A stretch of DNA of 64,000 nucleotides from Eledone cirrhosa (taxonomy: Eukaryota), in the NCBI GenBank assembly GCA_964016885.1, contig OZ024741.1, forward strand, positions 139,190,001-139,254,000. Reading direction: 5' to 3'. This document shows, one piece after another, positions 56,579-64,000 of this stretch. The position numbers and the translations under genes are program-made. The notes under the pieces are model-generated. The model was not told where the DNA came from. It did no database searches and saw only the letters and a program-made list of their open reading frames with translations. Numbering within the stretch: position 1 is the stretch's first letter; the number at the start of each line of letters is the position of its first letter.

Positions 56579-56806
56579 ATATTTATTAAAATAACAGATT
56601 AAAGTTTAAGCAAAGAATCGCTGCTTTCACCCTTAACGGGATCTTCTGAAACATGGTTAGTTTCAGAAGATCCCGTTAAGGGTGAAAGCAGCGATTCTTT
56701 GCTTAAACTTTAATCTGTTATTTTAATAAATATTTGCTCTACGGTTCATATTTATTTGATATATATTTATCCTTATCGAGCCCTCTTTGGATTATAGTCT
56801 TCAAAT

Positions 56807-56807
<1 letters not shown>
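56579..56807. mobile_element. mini pLTR hairpin element
   Basis: Perfect 74-bp arms 56579-56652 and 56660-56733; hammerhead-like fold with a CAGAAGA core. Confidence 0.8.
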
Positions 56808-56849
<42 letters not shown>

Positions 56850-56869
56850 TATACATATATATAGAGAGA

Positions 56870-56955
<86 letters not shown>

Positions 56956-57406
56956 AAGAGCAAGAGGAAAGAGAAAGATGAAACTGTGTGTGCCTACAAT
57001 TAAAACATCCTGGATTTTACAAAAACAGCGTTGTAGCATCCTAGGATTCGTCCAGACATGCACAATTGTGAGCTGTAAATATCATTTCATGTGTCAATTC
57101 TGGTAATATTTTAATACAGAATTAAGTAGGAATATTGCGTTACTTAATCTAAATAAACTCGAGGTTTAGTTCATATAGGTACCATGAATATGAAGATAGG
57201 TAACTATAGAAATATAGTAATATTTCAAAAGGTGTAAGATACAATGAAGGTCACTTCGCCATTAATTGTATCTAAACACGCTAATATATAAAGAAAGTTA
57301 CAAAAGAATAATACATTAAGCAAAGCCTAAGACTAAAAATATATTCGCCTACACATTGATACACACACACACGCGCGCACTCCCACCCTCTCACACTTAT
57401 ATATAT

Positions 57407-57773
57407 AGTTTTATGGCTGCAAGAAAATTGCGCCCGTAGGCGGTGTCCCGGTTGAGCCCTCAATGCTCGCGCAGAGCAGAGTATAATACTATAAGGATAA
57501 AGGAACAAGGATTCAGTATTGCATGATAATATATTTAATAACATATTACATATGTTTCACTATCGATCAGCTCGAGAAAAGACCTATTACAGATCGAACC
57601 TGACTCTGTAATCGAAAACTCGTCAGAGATGCTTGCTATATGATTTCGTCTCCGATTCATAGTGCCAGGCCCGATCTATAATAGGCCTTACTTCGAGCTG
57701 ATCGATAGTGAAAAATATGTAATATGTTATTAAATATGTTATGATGCAACACCAAAACTTATTTCTTTACCTT

Positions 57774-57778
<5 letters not shown>
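57407..57778. mobile_element. pLTR hairpin element (53181 family)
   Basis: Arms at about 57519-57597 and 57672-57749. Confidence 0.75.
57542..57631 (-). ncRNA. type I hammerhead with long stem II
   Basis: catct-CTGACGA-gttttcgatta...tgatcgatagt-GAAA-catatg-TA-atatg. Confidence 0.7.
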
Positions 57779-57822
<44 letters not shown>

Positions 57823-59309
57823 TAATCATAATTTCATTCATCATTTTATTCAGAATCTGCTGCATTACATCTTTCCGAGACAATATTTACTCAATACAGA
57901 CATCACGCAACAATGTACATGACTCCATCAGACAGCATTGTTAATAACCCAGTTCATATGTAACATTCCTATTTTCCTATTTCAGTATGAGTTATAGATA
58001 AGGATATGGATTAATCCATATATGGTCTTCCGCGGTCCATCCCCCACTAAATCAAGTCAATATATAAATACACACATATATGGTTTATACATACACACAT
58101 AATAGAGTGCAAATGCAGCAGAGTTCTTTAGATGCAAGACTATATGAGCTACATAAGCAATGGAAATTTAGCAAATTGAACAGAGCTGAAGAAGCTACAT
58201 ATACGTTTTATTAATTCTGTCATTGGTGGAGGTGTAGGTTTGGGGAATAGACATTTCAATTAATTAAGATTGAAATTAAGTGGATTACTAATGACCCCTG
58301 CCACGAAGTCAGAAGTCAGATCACAGAGACCAATCTATAAGAAACGAAAATATATTTCATCATTGTTCTAGAATCTGGCCTGGTTTAAATTTCGTGTAAT
58401 CGTGATTTTCTGCTTGAATATATACAGAATGTAGGAGAGAGAGAGAAAGAGAGAGAGAGTGAGAGAGAGTGAGAGAGACAACTGCAGGGAGAGAGAGAAA
58501 GATATGTAAATCTCTGTATGTATGTGTAGACATGCGTGTGTGTTTATGCTTGTATATCGAAACACACTTGAAGTAGAATAATACACATATATGTACATAT
58601 TCATTCAAATAAGTATTACTGGTGTTGATGATGATGCTGATGCTGATCTTTACAACTTTATTCAGATAGTATCTCACAGCCGCTTAGTTGCAAATGTTCT
58701 TTTACAGTGTATCTAATAAACTGCCCCAATCTCAGAACACCTTTCTATCCCATATTGCCAACATCTCTCCCTTTTTTCTCTAACACGACAACACACCGTT
58801 TTATCTCTGCCTACCGATGTATCATTCTACGATGCTGAAGAAACCCAATCTATCTACATATTCCATAACTTGAGACGTTTTGTTACATTCAGTCAGAGGT
58901 ATAATTTGAATATTTTCCTGCCAATCCGTCATCTTGCCATATAACTATGTATATCCCAAACTGCTCTCCCCATCGCGCCAGCAAACGATACAGCATCACA
59001 TATTTCCAAATAAGATGATCATTCCTCGCATGTTTGATTCCACTCCCACATGCTGGCCAAAGGTAATGGCATCGGAATTAATATCCTCCTCGTAAAAACC
59101 TAAATATACGAATACGTAGAATTTGAAACCAAAATGTAAACAGACTATTATGGCATTTAGTGTTTGTATGTTTACAACTGTGGGTATGCACACATAGAAA
59201 CAGCAATGCATGCACACATACATGTATGTCTAACGCATGCACAGGTACACATACATATAGACACACGCACACACACACATACACACACACACGCACACAC
59301 ACACACATA

Positions 59310-59419
<110 letters not shown>

Positions 59420-60246
59420 GTGTGTGTTTGCAAACTTGTCACTAAAAACATTTATAAATGTACATTAAATATTCACATATATTTACATGTTACATGTATT
59501 GTTTTGATTTTATCTTCCTTTTTTAATCGTTCAAGAATCTGTTTTAGCTCTATCTTGAAGTGCTTCCAACTGCATTGAATCCTTACCCTGAATTCGAATG
59601 TTCGTCACTAGGAAATTGTTGTTTACAAATCAATTCAATATATTTAGTTCTGTAAATATATATACATATGTTTTTTCAGTTACGTTTTGCAGCGGAATAT
59701 CTTATTTGACTGAGGGGTAATTGAGATTGATAAGTTGACGTAACAACCACCGTGTCTTCGACAATACTTATCTGATCGTTTGCAAATTGATTGAGGCCAT
59801 AGTATGTCAAAACTAAAGAAGCAGATTATAGCAAACATATTTAAATATCACATTTCAGATTTGATTTAAGGTTGTTGTATAAAACCCTGCAGAACCTCCT
59901 TGTTGACAGTACAATGTTTAATGAGATTATGTACATATGCGCTTTCTATATATTTTATCTATATCTACTTTATCGAGTTCAACTGTATATGATGTAAACA
60001 ATTTTTTTGTGATTTGAATCAGTAGCAGAATATTTTTGGTTCTGAAAATATTAATGCTATTGTTTAGCTTATTCTAGATACACTGTTTATAAAAGTTAAA
60101 AATAACGCATAGCCTTGCTCTATACATGTTTCTGGAAACATCCACCTTCAGGCAAATTATCGCCAATTTGAAAACACCCACTGACACAGCCTATAGTGTA
60201 AAGGAAGTATTTGGGATCAACCTTAAGGCCAAGACAGTAATATAAT

Positions 60247-60366
60247 TGTTTCTACTTTTGGCACAAGGCCAGCAATTATCCCAGTGTATTACAGGTACTT
60301 TATTTTATCGACCCCGTAAGGATGAAAGGCAAAGTTAACCTCGTTGGGATTTGAACTCAGTCCGTA
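60247..60366 (-). mobile_element. SINE with 16-bp TSD
   Basis: aagacagtaatataat at 60231-60246 and 60367-60382. Confidence 0.85.
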
Positions 60367-62690
60367 AAGACAGTAATATAATATAATCTACACACATATT
60401 ACATATTATATCCGTAAAATTAAAGATTCATAATTGCGACCCACAACCTCAGATCACCGCAAGGTTAAAATGTCTGTGAATACATTGTCTATATTAACAT
60501 CATCTAAGCAGAATTTAGAACGTATGGTTATCTTTAAGTGCTTCTTCACCCACTACGGCCATGTTTTATTTTAAATCGTTGTTCTCTGATGAATCTCAGA
60601 GACGTATCATTTCATTGTTGTTGTTGTTATTCCGTCCCACATCAAAGCTGATTGTACAGGAACATGATCAATGGCATTTTGGATTTAAATATTTGATTTG
60701 TTAATTTCATTATTTCTTAATAGGTTCTAAATCGAAGCAGGGAATTATGCTATGGCTACGATTCCTAACAATTTGCCAATTCCCCTAGATACTTTCCCAA
60801 AAATGTACATGGTCCCTGTTTGTTTTTAAGTGTCTCGATTCTAATTGTCCCCATCTGATAATTGTCTCATGAACTTCAACCACTATTTAATTAATAGATA
60901 ACATTGAATATACTACATTACCGTAGAAAATAAAAGTTAAATATACATAGCAACTCAGCCTACATCAATTATATACTTACACGTTAGAGAAGCTATTGTT
61001 TATAAACAGAATTAGATATGAATACTTTTATTCAAAAGTTTCTGTGCCAGGTTTTAAATGGTGATCAGTAAAAACACGAATGACAGTATGAAACTAGAAA
61101 ACAAAACACAATTGCATTCCAACCATACATATGCGCACACATTTATAAATATTTGCTCATATTGTTTGTTTGCTTGTGTTTGTTTGGATTTAAATAACTT
61201 ACGATCGAAAGTTCAAGAGATCGATTCCTGGCCGTGCGTTGTGTTCCTAAGTAAATGCATTGTTTTGCATTTTACTCCAGTCGCCTAGCTCGACAAATTG
61301 AGTTGTAGCACTATTTAAAATTGCCAGGCTTATGACTCAGGTTGATTAACTCTTAGAGTTACTTTAAGAGGGTCCGGATCTGTGAAAATGCTCAAGTATT
61401 TGCATATCAACTCACAAAGAATCTGTTCTGTTGTCTGAACAAGTAGAACATACCTGGTGGGAATCGACGGAGGTCCATTCTTATAAAACAGAATGCAGTT
61501 CACTCTGATTTCATAACAATCCTTACGAATCACAGTCCAGGTAAACGTAAATACTTCTCTTATAGATTATTTAAGATTTAGTCGGTTCTTGACATCTTTC
61601 ATAATATGATCATGTTTAAAATCAGTTCATTCCATTTTAGCGTTGATCGAATTTTGAATGTATCATTTCAAGTATTGTCATATTTTATACTAGATGTGGG
61701 CTCGTATTAATTTGGTCCTATTTATATGCAAAGGTTACGTGTACACGCCAACCACATTTAAAATGTGATGCACTCGTATTCATATATTCCCTTGCTATAT
61801 ATTTTATTATAGTTCAAATAAAAAAATCACATATTAGGCCTTGGTAGGATTTAAGACATATAGCATACACACGCACGTGTACACACACACACACAGACAC
61901 ACACACACATATATATATATATATCCGTGTTTGTGCATGTGTATATGTGTGTGTAATCAGCTGGTGATTCAAAATGTCACGCCACAAAACCTCGCTCGCA
62001 TATATAATTCCAGAGGTGGCAATAAACCTGAATATATATACTTACTACAACTACTACTACTACTACTACTACTACTGTTACTACTACTACTACTACTACT
62101 ACTGTTACTACTACTACTACTACTACTACTACCACTAACATTGTTGTTGTTGCTACTACTACCTCTGCTACGACTACTTCGTCTTTCAAGTAATTATAAC
62201 TATTTTTTTTTCTAAACAACAAAGCCACACATACATTCGTGAAATGAAAACACCATGCACGTACATGCGAATACTTGCAGCAAGATAATGAAATCCGTAT
62301 TCATCACAGTGAACACCTTCTAACAAGAACACCTAATTAGCTCTATATATTTTGCTTCTCTAATTTTATGCATAAAAATAAGTGGTAGAGAATGACATAC
62401 GGTTGTTCAGAAGTTCATGTCATCTACGTTGAAAATAAGATATTTTCTACAACAGATCAATCCAATCTTTGACATTGATCCTATATTCGTTTGATATCTA
62501 ATAGTAAATGAATATGCCCAGACATACCCAAAAGATATATATCTATATAAATATCCACGCATGCACCAACACACATATATATGAATACAGGATATATATA
62601 TATATATGAATGTAAATATATATACATAGATACACACAAATATATATACATATGGACATATGTATTTAAATATATATATATATATATATA

Positions 62691-62896
<206 letters not shown>

Positions 62897-62993
62897 GCAG
62901 TAATATATGCAGTATATATATATATATGTATATGCGTAGGCGTGTGTGTATATATATATATATATATATGTGTGTGTATGTATATATATATAT

Positions 62994-63187
62994 CCAGTGG
63001 GTGTAACGCGAAGTTACTGTAGGCTCACCCAGGTGAACACTCTATGTTTAGGTTCACGTCAGTGGCAAGGTGTAGAGCTAGACAGAGAGTAATATAATAA
63101 TATAAGGTTGATTGGTGGCGCGCGTTTCGCTATTGATCAGCACAAGTTTTTATCGGCCCGACTCTGGAATCAAAAGTTCGTCGGACC
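62994..63187 (-). mobile_element. pLTR end with long-stem-II hammerhead-like motif
   Basis: Homologous to 2785-3020; ggt-CCGACGA-stem II-GAAA-cgcgcg-cc-acc at 63187-63114. Confidence 0.7.
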
Positions 63188-63285
63188 TCTGTTGTAGTAA
63201 TGACAGAATGTGGTTTACACAAAATGATGCAATAAATATAAGGCATAAAGCATTATATAAGAATGATAAATACTAAGAATCGGCG

Positions 63286-63977
63286 TCATTTATTACACGG
63301 ACTGAGTCGATCATCGTCGAATACTGATGCCGATTTTTTGTTTACAAATTGTAAATCTATTTTGCTATAAGTATCAGTTGCGATCTTTTTCTTTCTTTTC
63401 TTCGGAGGAGGGTGAGTGTCGTATCTAAATTTGACAAGCAGCCTACCGTCTGCTTGATCGGGTGACGTATGTAAGTCTGGTTCAGGTTTAGCTGGCCTCT
63501 TAGGAGGTGTCTTTAGCATTTCTGATGTTTCGAATTTCTCAGGTTCGCTGTCAGTGCCGTCCTGCCCCTGTCGTTGCGCCTGGAAGTCGAATATGTATAT
63601 TTCGAATAACACATTCCATATCTCGGAGTTTAGATATTTTTTACAATTTTGCAAGAAAGGACAACTATTAGGAAAGAGGTGCTTCTTAACTCTCGTTCCA
63701 AAAGCCTCCTTTTCAGGGTGCGGCGCTAAAGTATCACACGGATAGTTGCTCGTTATAATTGTTTCCACTTTAGGCACAAGGCCAGCAATTATCCCAGTGC
63801 ATTACTGGTACTTTATTTTATCGACCCCGTAAGGATGAAAGGCAACGTTAACCTCGTTCGCTTTATGTTTTGCGAGCTTTTAAATTTGATAGCGACCGCC
63901 GTCTCTGCCCCCTCAGCTACTTTCTTAAATGTTTGTAATGTCTCCATCGGCGGTGGATTGTTAGAATTGATAGGCAT
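63286..63977 (-). pseudogene. 195-aa orphan ORF interrupted by a SINE
   Basis: ATG at 63977 with an in-frame TAA just before it. Removing 63755-63858 joins 41 and 154 codons with no stop before the TGA at 63288-63286. Confidence 0.6.
63755..63858 (-). mobile_element. 5'-truncated SINE
   Basis: SINE core flanked by ctcgtt at 63749-63754 and 63853-63858. Confidence 0.85.
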
Positions 63978-64000
63978 TTATGTCAATAGATTCCTACTGG

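Noticed and set aside
58624-59150. Degenerate RTE-like remnant on the minus strand
   Set aside because: Only FVYLG-like traces; too weak to annotate.
61330-61545. Coding-looking segment
   Set aside because: The best plus-strand frame has an internal TAG and no motif was recognised.

Overview
AT-rich, microsatellite-dense eukaryotic (metazoan) DNA. The dispersed SINE family resembles octopus repeats, but that assignment is from memory and was not searched. No host gene, rRNA, tRNA or CRISPR array is supportable; the window is a nest of transposable elements. It holds Penelope-like elements (PLEs): a near-full Penelope/Poseidon-type copy at 13.3-17.6 kb, a near-full Naiad-type copy at 31.9-36.5 kb and several GIY-YIG 3' fragments. 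It also holds two tandem R4/Dong-clade restriction-like-endonuclease LINEs in (TAA)n (19.8-26.3 kb), RTE, CRE and mariner remnants, two non-autonomous Helitrons and about 10 SINE copies. Most listed ORFs are microsatellite artefacts. Three observations stand out. (1) Many tiny PLE pseudo-LTR (pLTR) elements sit in (TA)n, often as perfect hairpins, and carry type I hammerhead ribozyme motifs. (2) Non-canonical hammerhead cores (CCGANGA, CAGANGA) recur. (3) A 195-aa orphan ORF, split by a SINE and restored in frame when the SINE is removed, lies just upstream of a hammerhead/pLTR end; a weakly similar ORF fragment occurs in the same context at 30.8-31.1 kb. All folds and alignments were done by eye and element boundaries are approximate.
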